64,000 nucleotides of DNA, taken from NCBI RefSeq assembly GCF_001194135.2, contig NC_068987.1:29177532-29241531 (forward strand). The letters run 5' to 3'. The notes under the pieces were generated by a model that was not told the origin of the DNA, did no database searches, and saw only the letters and a program-made list of their open reading frames with translations. Shown here piece after piece: positions 1 through 13,560 of this stretch; the first letter of the stretch is position 1, and the number at the start of each line of letters is the position of its first letter. The DNA comes from Octopus bimaculoides (lineage: Eukaryota). A program made the position numbers and the translations under genes.

Positions 1-258
1 ATGAGAACAATGGATATATGTGTTAATTGAAAATAAATATAAAAATTTAAAAAAATACAATGTAATCTAATGTTTCGTGTTATGCCCTATATCAAAGAAA
101 AGAAGCAAAATAAGATAAATATGCGAGAAACATAAAGGAACCGTACATAATTTAAATCTGGTGATTAAATGACTACCTTATCGTAATGAGAGGTTCAGTT
201 ACATGTGTAATATTTGTGTTTCTTTTCTAGCGTTTCCTTACTCGTTTCGTTTGACCGG

Positions 259-260
<2 letters not shown>

Positions 261-299
<39 letters not shown>

Positions 300-368
300 C
301 GTTGTATGCTTATATAAATGCATATATTTATATATGCAGAACTATGTGTGTGTATGTTTGTATGTATG

Positions 369-399
<31 letters not shown>

Positions 400-400
400 A
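261..400. repeat. (TA)n 261-296 and (TATG)n about 355-400
   Basis: Read directly. Confidence 0.97.
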
Positions 401-2385
401 TGTGTAAATATATTTGCGAATATACATGTAAATAGTAAATACATGTATATGGATATATGTCATCAATGGCATTCTAATGGTGATCATCAACAGTTTGGCC
501 TACCACAAACCACAATGCCCTCGGTGTATTTCTTTACTTAAGATCAAAGACTCTGATTTTATATAGAAGCGTTTCTTATTTTTAGCATCATTGCTGGCTG
601 CATATAATTTTCCTCCTTATCTAATTTCAATATCCTATTTTCAACTATGTGCAAATAAAATTTTCTTTTCGACTAAGTACAACCTGCAGATCTAACGCTA
701 ATCAGGATTAGATATTGTGGCGTTCATTCCTTTCCCAAGAGTATTAAATGCGTAAATGATGTGAATGAGATTTAATTAAAAATAAGTCCATGTAATTACA
801 TCAAAGTTTTTCTAAGAGATATTCGACAATGAATGTTGTTTATACTTCTTTCATGTACATATCAAAGACACAGATAATTTAATTAGAATATTAATGCTAT
901 ATTCCCCAGTATATTTATATATTATTCCAACGTAAGCTGCTATATTAATAGTGCTATTATTATTTAGCCGCAGGTCAACTTCGATTGAGTTGTTTTGTGA
1001 TCAAAGGCGTTGTAGCTATGACCATACTGGCGCTTTAACAATACTTATGACTAGATTATGCAATGTATCCTTCCTTTTTAAGTTGATAAAATCTTCTTTG
1101 AGAACGATTTAGCTGTTATATCTTCGGCGACAGAGTAGGTGCAATTTCCTCTCTGTGACAAACTAACTTTGCTGCAGTCAGTAAATAATTAATTCTAGAA
1201 TATATAAATTAGGGAAATGAGAAGGAAAATAAGGAAACGTGAATTTTGAACTTTTCCCAGAGCCCTTACAGCGTCAAAGAATTGAACTATGAAATCGAAT
1301 TTACCGGAAAGCAATGGCAGCAATAATAAACTATAATAAACTATGGCAAAAGTTCACTATATCTACAGAAAGGCAACAACTGTTGTACCAGTAGTATTAA
1401 GCCATCACTTGAAACCATCTTTAAAAAGACAGATGAGTTGACAATAGTAAAACACAAGATCCTTTAGAATAAGATAATGAATCTAACAGCATAGGCACAT
1501 TGATTTGGATTCCTTTTGTTCAAAAGCGGCTGTAGCTGAAATGAGCATGATTTCTTGTATCATACAGTAATGGAATAGAGAAATTGCAAAACTGTCACGT
1601 AATGGTGTTTGTAACGTTCTCGCTTACAAATTAATTCCCATTAGGGCAAAGTAATCTTCCAACGCTAATGTCAGATTCAAATAAACGTTTTTAAAATATA
1701 ATTGGATTTTCCCTGAATTTTTTTATTCTTTTTCTTTTCTTTTTCTTTTGTTGCCAGTAAGTTACTTAAGCAGAAATAAGACGAATACGGTTCTGCGATG
1801 ACTTTATCGTTATCAACTACCCAATAAAACCAGATAAAGAATGTTACAGCTACTGATATGTACCAAAGTATTAAGTATTTCTTAATTATATCAACATAGT
1901 GATTTGAGTGGCTTCCGATTATATATAAGGATATTTATTTATTTATTCATTTCACTTCTGTGGTCTTGGGTACATATCAGTATGCTGCATATTATATAGG
2001 AAGATATTCACAACATGACAAAAGCTATTACAGAACAAATAATGTAAACTTCACAAAAAATTTCCTTAACACGTTGGGAGAAAGAAGGATGATTTATAAA
2101 ATTTAGCATAATTTCGGTATGAAAGCATGTTAAAACTATTTCATACATATATGTTTTCAAATACACAAACACAAGTTGTGTTTTAGAAAGTCTTTTCTGT
2201 TCTGTGAACTCTTTGATTTTTTCTGTCTTTGCTGCAGTATTAGTGCAAAATAATAACTGAGATTAAACAGAACATATCTGTAAGCATCTACATAGTTCTA
2301 TAACTGCCTAGAGGTATATTACTTTTCAACTATAAAAATGATATTAAAACACAGAATCCAAATAGTGATGTTAATCTATGTATAC

Positions 2386-2431
<46 letters not shown>

Positions 2432-2932
2432 AGACATAAACACACTCGCACATGTGTATGTATGTATATAATAATGCTAGAAAAAAATTAAAATGAAGGG
2501 AAGAATGGCGAATTCAACTGGAAATATCAAAAGATATAGAAGGGTTTTGTTTTTCTATCAACATATGTACAAACATCTGTGCATACTCTCCAACGTCAAT
2601 ACGATGGAATATATTTTTGTAATACTTGCACTTTACACAACACAATGTTCATTATTCGTCTTCATTCTGTGTCATTTTGACTTTAACACAGCGAATCATA
2701 GAACGTATTACGATTGCTTTACTTGAGTATTCTATGTATACTCGTTTACTTATTGACTTTCGGTATTTTCTCACATTAAATATTACCACATTTAAAGTGA
2801 TTGAATTTACCTTTTCTATCAGACATTCGTATATGTTTTAGAAAGATAATTACCAAATGTGTAGTCAAAGTATACGACTATATGCTTGTAAAGATTTTTA
2901 TCATAATTATTTTTTTAGTCATCTCCTTTGTC

Positions 2933-2980
<48 letters not shown>

Positions 2981-4384
2981 TTCCAGTCAAGTGAATTATA
3001 TATTTTATATTCACAGAACCATCCAAAAAGTGCTTCTTTGTTTTTATTTATTATCGATATCAGAATATTTTTATTGGAACTTTCCATTCATTTCTAAAGT
3101 TTTGTTTGAAGATTGACATAAAGCTCAATTACCAAAATTTAAATTTATAGATTTGACTCCCTATTTTTATATCGAATACACTCTTCTCTTCTGGTCTGTG
3201 CCGACCAGATTATTCATCAGAATATTTATAAAATAGGAAACATGTTTGTGATGTGGCAACAAGACAAAATTTACACTTCAGTTAAAGCCCATTATATAGA
3301 ATATTTTGAAACGGAATCGAAATAACAAATACAGACTTCGAAAGTGGGGAAAATATTTGGATGAAACATGTTCTTTATAGGTCGAGTGTCAACTTGTTGT
3401 CAGGAGATATCAAAAACTAAATTTATTACCTTCTTATCTAATACCACGCTGATAGACCCAGCACAGGGTTCAGAAACAACTCGGCCTATTCATTTCTTTT
3501 CCTTTCATGTATTCCTTTTCATGTGGTCACAGTAATTCTTTTCAATCTTGACAATTTCAATTCAATCAAATTAAAATATTTTGTTTCGAAATATTACGAT
3601 ATTTTATTCTGTATTTGTATTTCATAATGCAAAAATCCCTCATTTCATTTCATTACCAATATAGAGGAGATTATCTTGAACACAAACTTGACAAAATACC
3701 CCAATATCTTAATGCTTTTTGTAAATTTTATTTGCATTTTATTTCATTACTTCTTGTGGACTTTTCATCTTCTTAATCATACTTAACCTGGGGTGATATC
3801 CAAATTCGAAATAATGCATCAGATAAATTTAAAGTGACATTAAAATTATAAAGTAGAAAATTTCGAAAATTTTAAATGAATAAACTGTTATCGAATTCGA
3901 TAACAATGTTGATAATGGTCACGATGTCTCTTTATAATTCTAACAAAATACTAACATACTATATATATATATCGACCTAACATCAAAACAGTTGTTGAGA
4001 TGATATTAGGGCATGAAAATACAAACTATGATAACACTTCAGAAGATATTAGAAAGGGATAACACACGCAATAAAATATATATCATTCAGAGAGTATCTG
4101 TGTGTAAAGGTTTTGTAAAAGAAGCAAAAAAATTCAAATTTAATGTGGGTGAAGAGTAATCGTAGACAGACCAATCGGTGATACATATTCATTTTCACGA
4201 CTCTTGGAAAAACGAAGGGCAACGTTAAGCTGACAGAACTTGAACTTAGAATGTATTGGATATAATTAAGCAACACAAGTAATCTCTGTCACCCAGACAG
4301 CATATAAACTGATATAAAGATATATAGCATTCGCTATTGTATAAATGAATAAGTATATACATTTAAGCGTCTGTAAAACCTAAG

Positions 4385-4890
4385 TCTCTCTATCCCTCTC
4401 TCTCTCTATCTCTCCCTCTCTCTGTCCTTCTCTCTCTCCCTCTCTCTCTCCCTCTCACTCTCCCTCTCTCTCTCTCTAAGAATTTGTTAAATCCGAAACC
4501 GGTCCCTGTTTGAGAATGACTTTTTAGGTGATTTTAAATGTCTTGCCCGCTCACGTTTTTGGTATGCTGCTATATTTCATGTTGAGAACAATTTAGGTCT
4601 TAATAGACACAAGATGTGATCTATTTCTAGCGCATTAATTGTCCACGTTAGTGGTCGACGTNNNNNNNNNNNNNNNNNNNNNNNNNNNNNNNNNNNNNNN
4701 NNNNNNNNNNNNNNNNNNNNNNNNNNNNNNNNNNNNNNNNNNNNNNNNNNNNNNNNNNNNNNNNNNNNNNNNNNNNNNNNNNNNNNNNNNNNNNNNNNNN
4801 NNNNNNNNNNNNNNNNNNNNNNNNNNNNNNNNNNNNNNNNNNNNNNNNNNNNNNNNNNNNNNNNNNNNNNNNNNNNNNNNNNNNNNNNNC

Positions 4891-4925
<35 letters not shown>

Positions 4926-4944
4926 TAGATAAATAGATAGATAT

Positions 4945-4982
<38 letters not shown>
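4385..4982. repeat. Imperfect (CT)n 4385-4478 and (GACA)/(GATA)n 4890-4982 around gap 4662-4889
   Basis: Read directly. Confidence 0.95.
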
Positions 4983-5699
4983 TAATAGATTGATATACAC
5001 GCAAAAGTATGCATGTATGTTATCTGTTACGATGTATGTTGTAGAGCTCAGGTTTACTGGTTTCATTCTGTCTTAACATGAAGATTAGAAACACATTGGT
5101 TGATACAATAGTAATTCATTTTATATACATAAAACCGTTTTTAAAATATTGGCATGTTTTAAAATAAAGGTGTAAATGTGGTAAAAGTTCGTGCGTGAGT
5201 ACCTGTGTGTGAGTGTGTGTGTGAGTGTGTGTGCGTGTGTGTGTGTCTGTGTGTGTGTGTGTGTGTGTGTGATTGACCCAATGCTTCACAATCCTGTAAC
5301 ATGAACATTTGAATAACGGGTGAAAACTACTCGCTTTTACTCAAACTAGGAGTCATGAGCGATTATAGAAAATTATATTTATCAAATATGCCAGGCTTTG
5401 CGATTGGACACGGAACATCATCGTTTTGATGAGAACTTGCTAAAATTTTCAGCTATAATGCATCACACACACGCACATAAAAATACACACACAAAGAAAC
5501 AAATAAGTACATGCACACATGGACACGCACACGCACACAAACATATGTAGGTGTGTATATAGAAATATATGTTATACATGTGTGTGTATGTGTTTGGTTG
5601 GTTGCCCATAATTCTTTTAGGAAAAGAGCTGACACTCATATATTATGTAATAGAAATTTGATTATATATTATTTATATAATATCGGTTTCAGACTTTGG

Positions 5700-5898
5700 T
5701 ACAATGCCAGCAATTCTGAGATAGTGGGTTAGTCCATTACATCGATCCCAGTGCGCAACTGATAATCATGTTTTCAAGAATTAAAGGTAAAGTCGAAATC
5801 GGTGGAATTTGGACTCGGAACATGAAGACGGACGAAATGCCGCTAAACACTTTGTCCGGTGCGCTAATGATTCTGAATGATTCTGTCACTTCGCCACC
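5700..5898 (-). mobile_element. SINE family B copy
   Basis: AAAGGTAAAGTCGAAATCGGTGGAATTTGGACTCGGAAC..AAGACGGACGAAATGCCGCTAAAC..GATTCTG. Confidence 0.8.
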
Positions 5899-5933
5899 AC
5901 AGTTTTATAATATTGTGAGATAAAATTACCATA

Positions 5934-6160
5934 GGCGCGTCACTTAGTGGTTAGGGTACTGGACTCATGGTCGTAAGATTGTGGTTTAGAATCCTCGACC
6001 AAGTAATGCGCTGTGTTCTTGAGCAAAACACTCCACTTCCCATTGCCCCAGTTCACTCAGCTGGAAAACATGGGTAAATCAGTGACGGAACGCCGTCCTG
6101 TACAGCTGGAGAATATATACGCCACGGAAATCGGGCCACCGGCCCTATGAGTCTATATGA
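5934..6160 (+). mobile_element. tRNA-headed SINE family D (V-SINE-like core)
   Basis: AGGCGCGTCACTTAGTGGTTAGGG (A-box), GGTTTAGAATCC (B-box), TGTGTTCTTGAGCAAAACACT..CACTCAGCTG..GTGACGGA..CGTCCTGTACAG. The V-domain resemblance is from memory. Confidence 0.7.
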
Positions 6161-6183
6161 CATTTTATTTTATAATATATAAA

Positions 6184-6194
6184 TACACACACAC

Positions 6195-6280
<86 letters not shown>
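6184..6280. repeat. (CA)n(TA)n compound microsatellite
   Basis: Read directly. Confidence 0.97.
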
Positions 6281-6282
<2 letters not shown>

Positions 6283-7218
6283 GTATGTACGTTCACATAT
6301 ACGTATACATAGAAATGTATATGTATTTATATATATACATGTATGTAAATATATATACTTATATAAATATATATACTTATATAAATATTTATGTGCGTGT
6401 GAGTGTGTGAATGTATGTATGGTTGTATGTATGTATGTATTTATGTGTGTGTGTATGTTATCAACCGGCTTCTATAGCACACTGGTCATGCTATAACAGC
6501 CCTTCAACTTGTACATATCACTCTCTGAACTGAAGACATTTATGTGGATCCTTCCTAAAAAAAGAAAAGCTTATGCATAAAGGCACACTCACTCACATCT
6601 ATCATTAAATTAAGAGTGAAATTTTCATGCAAATCTCATTATATAGTTTTTGTGTTGAAAGGTTAAGAAAACTGCATTGGACAAATAGGTTTGTTACTAT
6701 GGAAAAGGCTCACAGTGTGCTAACAAGAAATTAATGATAATTAAACGTAAAATCAGTTAAGAGAATATATAGCAGCACGTGAAGGAAAGTGCCTAGTTAA
6801 TGAAAATCTATTTCGAATTTAAACATGCGCAAATCCAATCACAGTTCGACAACGAAGAAGCGAAGAGCAAAGATTTATATACAAATGTTGGTACAGTAAA
6901 GCATTTGATTAATGATTGCTGTGAATAACGAGAATTCTTCTGCTGATCACATTTATCTAAGGCATAGCTTTGCAAACTTAATGCTTTTTGAATATACTTC
7001 ATCAAAATACACCTGCTCGTAGTTACCAGAATGTAAATCACCAGATATTAAAGGTAATATTATTGAATTGGTATATCTAATAGGGATATTATTGTTGTTA
7101 GTGGTGGTTTTATCGTTATTATTATTATCAGTATTTTTCGCCATTTTTTTATTATAGTTATTACTATTATTATTATCGTATTTATTATTATTATATTATT
7201 ATTATTATTATTATTATT

Positions 7219-7765
7219 GAGTGAGAGAGCAGTGCATGCCATGAAAGTGATACTGGGGTAAAATATACGAAGCCCATTATACCCATCATGACTACCCGTC
7301 TGATAAGGGTACACCAGGCACATGCATCCCAACCAAGTGTACGCGACATGGTGATCTCATATCAACATAAACAGCACATGACCTCGCAGATTGGGCCCAG
7401 TTAGAATGTTCTTCAGCTCGAGTAGCCCACCCCACTCAAAATGTCCCTGAATAAGGTTTATTTAAGCATGTTGAACAAAACACCCATGTTTCCAAAGGTG
7501 AATTATTCAAACCCCAAAGAATTCATCTCAACACATGGCTATGATGCTCCCCCACTACTTGTGCGCGTGATCAAAGATGCACATATTGTCAGCCACCAAG
7601 GGACATGCTCAACTGGTTAATGTCAAACAACTGACAAGCAAATCTGTGGTATTAAGCAGAATATTTGTTGTAGCCCATCTTTTTATACCAAGGCAAAACG
7701 ATGTACATGATAACACTTCCAATCAGTTAAGATCAGAAGCCATAAGAGCCACTGCCTGTGCCTTT
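7219..7765 (-). repeat. AAT-tailed interspersed repeat ('family A'), longest copy, fused to the LINE 3' end
   Basis: Ends on the minus strand in CTCTCTCACTC-(AAT)n (ATT run about 7150-7218). Homologous segments recur at 9622-9834 (+), 16848-16950 (-) and 30385-30562 (-). Confidence 0.85.
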
Positions 7766-7836
7766 GCACAGCTTCTAAAGCTGGAGCTGTACTACGGTGT
7801 TAGCAGTTCAATACCAGTGAACTAAGGTAACACTTC

Positions 7837-9626
7837 TTATTTCTCGAGCACCTTCTGGAGTATTCGAGCGGTTCCAAGCAGTGCTGTTTTCTATAAATGC
7901 TAAACCCTTATTGCAGCCCCTACTTGTTCTATATACTTCTCAAGATTTTTACTCACTTTCTCAGAGCACCAACTGTTATTGGTACTACTACCACCTTTTC
8001 CATTGACCACAACTGCTTAACTTCCCAAGCTGATCTGTCAAATCTATCAACTTTTCTTTCTTCCTTATCGCATACCTTGTTGCCAACTGCGAATGCTATA
8101 TGTATGATCCAGCATAGTTTGTTTTCTTTCTCACTAAAGACTATTACTGGCTTCCTATTCTCTATCGCATGGTCGCAATGAATCATAAAATCCCATAGTA
8201 TCTGTGGATTATTATTTTCGATGATTCCTTCGAGTTTATGGTCATATCAATGTTTTGCTTTGTCAAGTCCATACTTATTGCAAAGTGTCCAAGTGTCAAG
8301 CCTTGCTATATTGTCGTGGTGTCTCTTATATTCCTTCTGGCTACCGGCGTATATTGGCTGGTAATATTCCATACGGTTTCACCATTTAGTTGACATATCC
8401 TGCACTTATCACTTTCTGCTGTATTGTCTATTCTGTAGTTTATGTATGTTTGTCCTTAGTGCTTGCTCTTGGTCACCACAGATTAGGGCCTCGGTTTCCA
8501 GTTTTAGATCACTTTTAGTCATCCACAGTCAGCTTTTTTATCTGTCTGTCTTATTTTCAACATCTCTATGAAATTGCCCATGCATCCTTTTATTTACCGA
8601 GCTATTTTCAGCCAAATTTGTTTTCAATTGCTTGTACACTGCTTTATCTATGCAATCTTTCATCCTACACACGCCTGACATCCTTACGTCTAATAATAGC
8701 GGTTCTGTGGCATTTGTCACATACCATTCGATGTTGTTTTCTTCTGCTTTAATGCTGTGTTCACATCCAATAAGTCTTCTTCCCCTCTTTTTTTTTTTGG
8801 TACACAGTGTGTGTGTGTGTGTGTAACTTGTTGGGTGGAGTGTCCCATATACAGTTAGAAATTTCCTTGTCTTTCTGTCTCAGCTGTTTAGTTCGTCTAC
8901 TGCCCGTGCGATTACCGCTGTTTCATATCTAAGGAGTGATACTGCCAAGGTGTTGATGGCTTCAATGTTATTCGGTCTGGTGAATTTTCACTTAAGGATC
9001 AGTCTCAGTCTGTGCAAGTATTACACCTTAATATTTTCTGTCATTTCTTTCTCCATCAATTTATCCATTTCCGAAATCACAAGAACTTATAACCCAACTC
9101 TTCTATCTGCTTCATCATCTCCCCCGGCGGTATTGTTAGCCCGTCCATTCATTTGATTTTGCCTCTCTTCAAGTCTAACACGCCACACTTTCTCAATCCG
9201 AATTACATTGTGATATCAACACTGAAAGTATACACTGTATCAACGAGGGAACTGACTAGGGCTTCATCGTTACCATAAAGTTTGAGGTCATCCATGAATA
9301 ACAAATGGTTGACATTTTGTTGGCGGATATTGAATACATACCCAGAAACAGTGTTAGTGGTATCAAGCACAGTACAAAGATCAGTGGGGAGAGGCAGTCC
9401 CCTTGGAAGATGTCCCTCCTGATTTCTACTGTCCCTAAACTTCTTCCGTATGCTGTCAGATCCGTCCTCCAATTCGCCATACTTTTTCCGAGCAATCACT
9501 CAACATTCGATGCAATACCAAATAGGTTCATACATTCTATAATCCAAGAATGTGGGATCATATCGTAAGCCTTACGATAGTCAATCCATAACATGGCCAA
9601 ATTTATTTTCCTCCTCCTCCTCTTTT
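7837..9626 (-). mobile_element. 5'-truncated, decayed R4/Dong-type non-LTR retrotransposon (RT, zinc knuckle, restriction-like endonuclease)
   Basis: Minus-strand translation across stops and frameshifts gives RT motifs LAMLWIDYRKAYDMIPHSW, IFQGDCLSPLIFVLCL and HLLFMDDLKLY. These are followed by KRMHGQF, ETEALICGDQEQALRT, KCRICQLNGETV..I, HHDNIA, QILWDFMIHCDHAIENRKP, VVPITVGAL and KTALLGTARILQKVLEK* (stop 7837-7839). Confidence 0.93.
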
Positions 9627-9856
9627 GAGTGAGATGGGCTACTGAAGGAATTTCTGACTGGGCTCCATCTGCAAGGTTATGCGCTGTTTATTTTGATATG
9701 AGATCACTTTTTCGCTCACATATGGTTGTGAGGCATGTACCTGGTGTACCCTTATCAGGCGGGTTGTCATGGTGGATATACTGGGCTTCGTATATGAGTA
9801 CCCCAATTTAAATGCATGCACCTCTCTCTCACTCAATAATAATAATAATAATAATA
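9622..9856 (+). repeat. Family A 3' fragment with (AAT)n tail, inverted relative to the 7219 copy
   Basis: TACCTGGTGTACCCTTATCAGGCGGGTTGTCATG...CTCTCTCACTCAATAATAAT is the reverse complement of 7219-7440, with substitutions. Confidence 0.88.
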
Positions 9857-10115
9857 CTTTCTACTACAGGGACATGACATGAAGTTTGTGGGGAGAGGCC
9901 AGTCGATTAAATCGACTCCAGTACGCAACTGGTATTTAATTTATCGACCCCGAAAGGATGTAAAGCAAAGTCGACCGCAGAGGAATTTGAACTCAGAACG
10001 GAAAGACAAACGAAATACCGCAAAGCATTTCGCCCAGCCTGCTAACCGCTCTGCCAGCTCACTGCCTTTAATAATAATGATAATAATGATAATAATAATT
10101 ATTATTATTATAATA

Positions 10116-10155
<40 letters not shown>

Positions 10156-10161
10156 GGTTGT

Positions 10162-10200
<39 letters not shown>

Positions 10201-10382
10201 CGACGATGATGATGACAGCAGTTTCGGATTACATCGACTCCAGTGTTTGACTAATACATATCGGTCCCGAACGGATGAAAGGCAAAGTCGACCTCGACAG
10301 AATATGAACTCAAACGTAGGGAGCCGGAAGTAAATTCTAAGCATTTTGTCTCACTCGCCAAGAATTGTGCAAGCTCGCTGAT
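9857..10382 (-). mobile_element. Two SINE family B copies (9857-10068, 10217-10382)
   Basis: Reverse complement of the family B consensus, e.g. TTTATCGACCCCGAAAGGATG.AAAGCAAAGTCGACC..GGAATTTGAACTCAGAACG..CTGCCAGCTCAC. Confidence 0.9.
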
Positions 10383-10383
10383 C

Positions 10384-10442
<59 letters not shown>

Positions 10443-10447
10443 GTAGT
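10068..10447. repeat. (AAT/ATT/GAT)n 10068-10215 and (AGT)n 10384-10447
   Basis: Read directly; the runs flank SINE copies. Confidence 0.97.
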
Positions 10448-11577
10448 TACCATGTGCAGATTAGATATTTTTTTAATGTACTGACCCAAAGCTGAAGGGA
10501 AAAATCATAATTTCGGTATTCAGCACCTAAATGCGTTGTACTTATAACGACAACCTTCAGAAAATAATGCAATCTAATGTAATAGTGAGTCCAATAAATT
10601 TAAGTAATCTAAATAATAGATACATCTATATATGATTAGAGGGATTAATACCGTTGCTCAAAACATAAATTTCATACTCGTGTCAATGATGACAATTCAT
10701 AATAGCAAAGTAATTTTTGGGGGAAATGATTTGATAAACCAGAACCCCAGATAATTATAACAGGAACTAGGATCCCAAAGGTAAATATATTTCTGTGGAC
10801 ACAGTACGTTATCAGTTATAGTATATTTTCTATGAAATATTTTGTCGAAAAAGCGGTACTTTTTCATCTGAGTTAGTTGTAAAGCTCTTTATGTAAGCGA
10901 AATATTTGAATCGATTAGAATAAAATGAATTTTCTTTTTCTTTTGCATTCATAAATCATTGTAGAATAAAACCATAGATAACAGTTTTCATTTAGTAACG
11001 GAAAATGTTCGTAATTTATGACAAAGTTATCTAAAATGATTAACCTTTCGTAAGAGGCCACTTTAGGTCATCAAAGATGGGGAACCTGCTTTTCAGATAA
11101 AACAGAACAAAAGAAGAAAAGAATTTCAAGATTGTAAAGTTAAAAGAAATGACTAAATTATTCAGAATTTAATAGCGAATAAAATATATTTTTATATTTA
11201 TTGCCGATTATATTTTTTTATAAACTATATTTTTTTATCACTGAAGTATTTGGAAAGGTGAAAACATCACGTCAGATAATGCGACATATTAGTTGAGAAA
11301 TTTAACGTACACTGCGTAGTTCATAAATACAGCATTGTTCAAGAGATTTACTTATGAAGAATGTAATTGTTGTCATGGGAATCTCTTTAAATATCGAACA
11401 CTTTAAATGTGACTAATTCATCTTATACGTGTTTAAGTCTATAGTACCTCTCGATACGTCCGTGATTGAATGTATTTTACTGTTGGTAGACAACTCGTGG
11501 GCGTGTGGGAATTGTAAATGCGCACATGTATGCGTGTATGAGTATGCGTGTGTGCATGTGTGTGAGTGTGTGTTCGC

Positions 11578-11625
<48 letters not shown>

Positions 11626-12949
11626 ATGTGCGTGTGTGTGTTACTAAGATATTTTTATCCAGAAACTATCGCAAATAAATAGCCTTTTGCCTTACACTTT
11701 GTTGACTAGAGATTTCCATTAACTGGGGATCTGCTCTAGTGCTTGGAGAATCAATTCATTATATTTGTAGGAGAGAGGAATTTAGTGATTCTAGAAACAC
11801 GAAATACAACATCTAAAATTTGCAATTAAAATGCCCAAAATATTTTTCAGGCGTTTTAATGGGCTTCAGCAATATACACTCATTATGCATACAGACATAC
11901 ACAAATACTCTTACATACATACATACATATATACATACATACATACATTCAAACATAGAAACATACATACATGCATACATATNNNNNNNNNNGAAAAAAA
12001 TAAATACAAAGTTTATTCGGTTGATGCTAGGGAAATGCTAAAAGGAAGTAAATGTCTTTTACATTTCTTGTATTCACTCGTCTTTTTGTCTTTTGGAAGA
12101 AACGATAAGCAAGGAGAAAAAATACAGAAAAAAGAAAAAAAGGCACAGGGAAACATAAACACGTATATATATATACAATCTTTTTGACGAATGAATCGAT
12201 GAATGATTGCATGTGTGTGAGCAGGCAACTATTTATAAATCAATAATCCAAACATGACATTGTACTTTTTGCGCATTAAAGTATATAATGCAATTGCCAC
12301 AAGTTATTTGTTTCTTGCGCTCTTTGCAGCACTTTCGAAAATGTGAGGGTCTTTTGGGAATTTGTATAGCGATTTTACGCAGAAAAGAGAAACTTAAATT
12401 TTTTACTTCATCTGTAACCTCTCTCACCTCATCCTAGAAAATAGATTTAAGGACTATCATCTCAAGTAAGACAGAGATACTAATATTGTACATATAGAAG
12501 AAGATTGATGTATTTGTAATGAATTGCGGTTTATAATAAAAAGGTTTGAATTCTAGATATTGCAATTACAGTCTTTTAATCTTCAAATAAAACATTGTAT
12601 GCAATACTTCTAATTCCCCATGGAAAGCTAGTGATATATATTTTTGTGTGGATCTTTGTGCGTGTGTGTGTATGTCTTTATGTGTGTGTGTGTATGTCTT
12701 TATGTGTGTGTTTGTGTGTGTGTGTGTTTGTGTGTGTGTCAATGTGTGAATGTGCGTGTGCTCTTATATACTTTCAAATAAAAAGAAATTCCATACAAAT
12801 TGGAATATTCAAAATAAATTGCTATTCATTGCGAATTAGGCACAACATATTTAAAAATCCGCAAGCTACTAAAAAAAGCAAAATTTGCATTTCACTACTT
12901 ACTGTAAATTTATGTCTTACTTCTACGAATGTTTTACAATAACAAAGAC

Positions 12950-13560
12950 GGAAGGGGCTGTTCACTCAAGAACTACTACAAGTAAAATTTACAGAGGATG
13001 GAAATGTTAGTCCTTAAGGAAGAAGCAGCAGCCAACAGCAATTGCAAAGAGGTTTTAGAATTGCAGAAAGCAAGATTGAGGCCACAAGAACTATAGAAGG
13101 AGGATTAAAGATGCTGGTTTTGCTTCGAAAATGTGTTCTCCGAATCCTATTAAATGAAATAATATTAAGGTTAAATCGTAATTTATGGTCAATTAAGAAA
13201 ATTGTGAACTGGATAGTTTCCGAAAGACTAGAGGTAGGTCAAGGTCTCGGTTTTGTGGTAAAATTGTACATTGTTACCACCTTCACAGATCTAGTGAGAG
13301 ATTTTATTTTAAGTGTATTTCAACAACTGCAATGTACTGAGGAGTATAGCATCATAATATGGGTGTATTTTTATTGGCAAGAGTTGGTGAACTTATATAG
13401 TGTTAAAACAAAATTATTGCCTTAAAACTGTTTGAGAATAGATTGCTTTGGTATCACAGAGATCAGAGTGTTTACTTGAATCCCATAGAGAATATTATGC
13501 CATGTAAAGGTAGCAAAATTCTGGGAGAAAAATTAGGTTGCTCTCATGAAATTTTCAAAG
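12950..13560 (+). mobile_element. Old Tc1-like transposase relic with internal deletion
   Basis: RTI/RRRIKDAGF (about 13088-13125), SIIIWVYF (13348-13371, cf. SVMVWGCF) and QSVYLNPIENI (13464-13496, cf. QSPDLNPIENLW). Confidence 0.6.

Noticed and set aside
203-541. Poly-IY, VC, HT, poly-N/L/S/M ORFs throughout the track
   Set aside because: They are translations of di-, tri- and tetranucleotide microsatellites.
3190-3220. Minus-strand CTGATGA followed by a 7-bp hairpin
   Set aside because: There is a 4-nt spacer before the stem and no GAAA after it, so it does not fit the hammerhead core.
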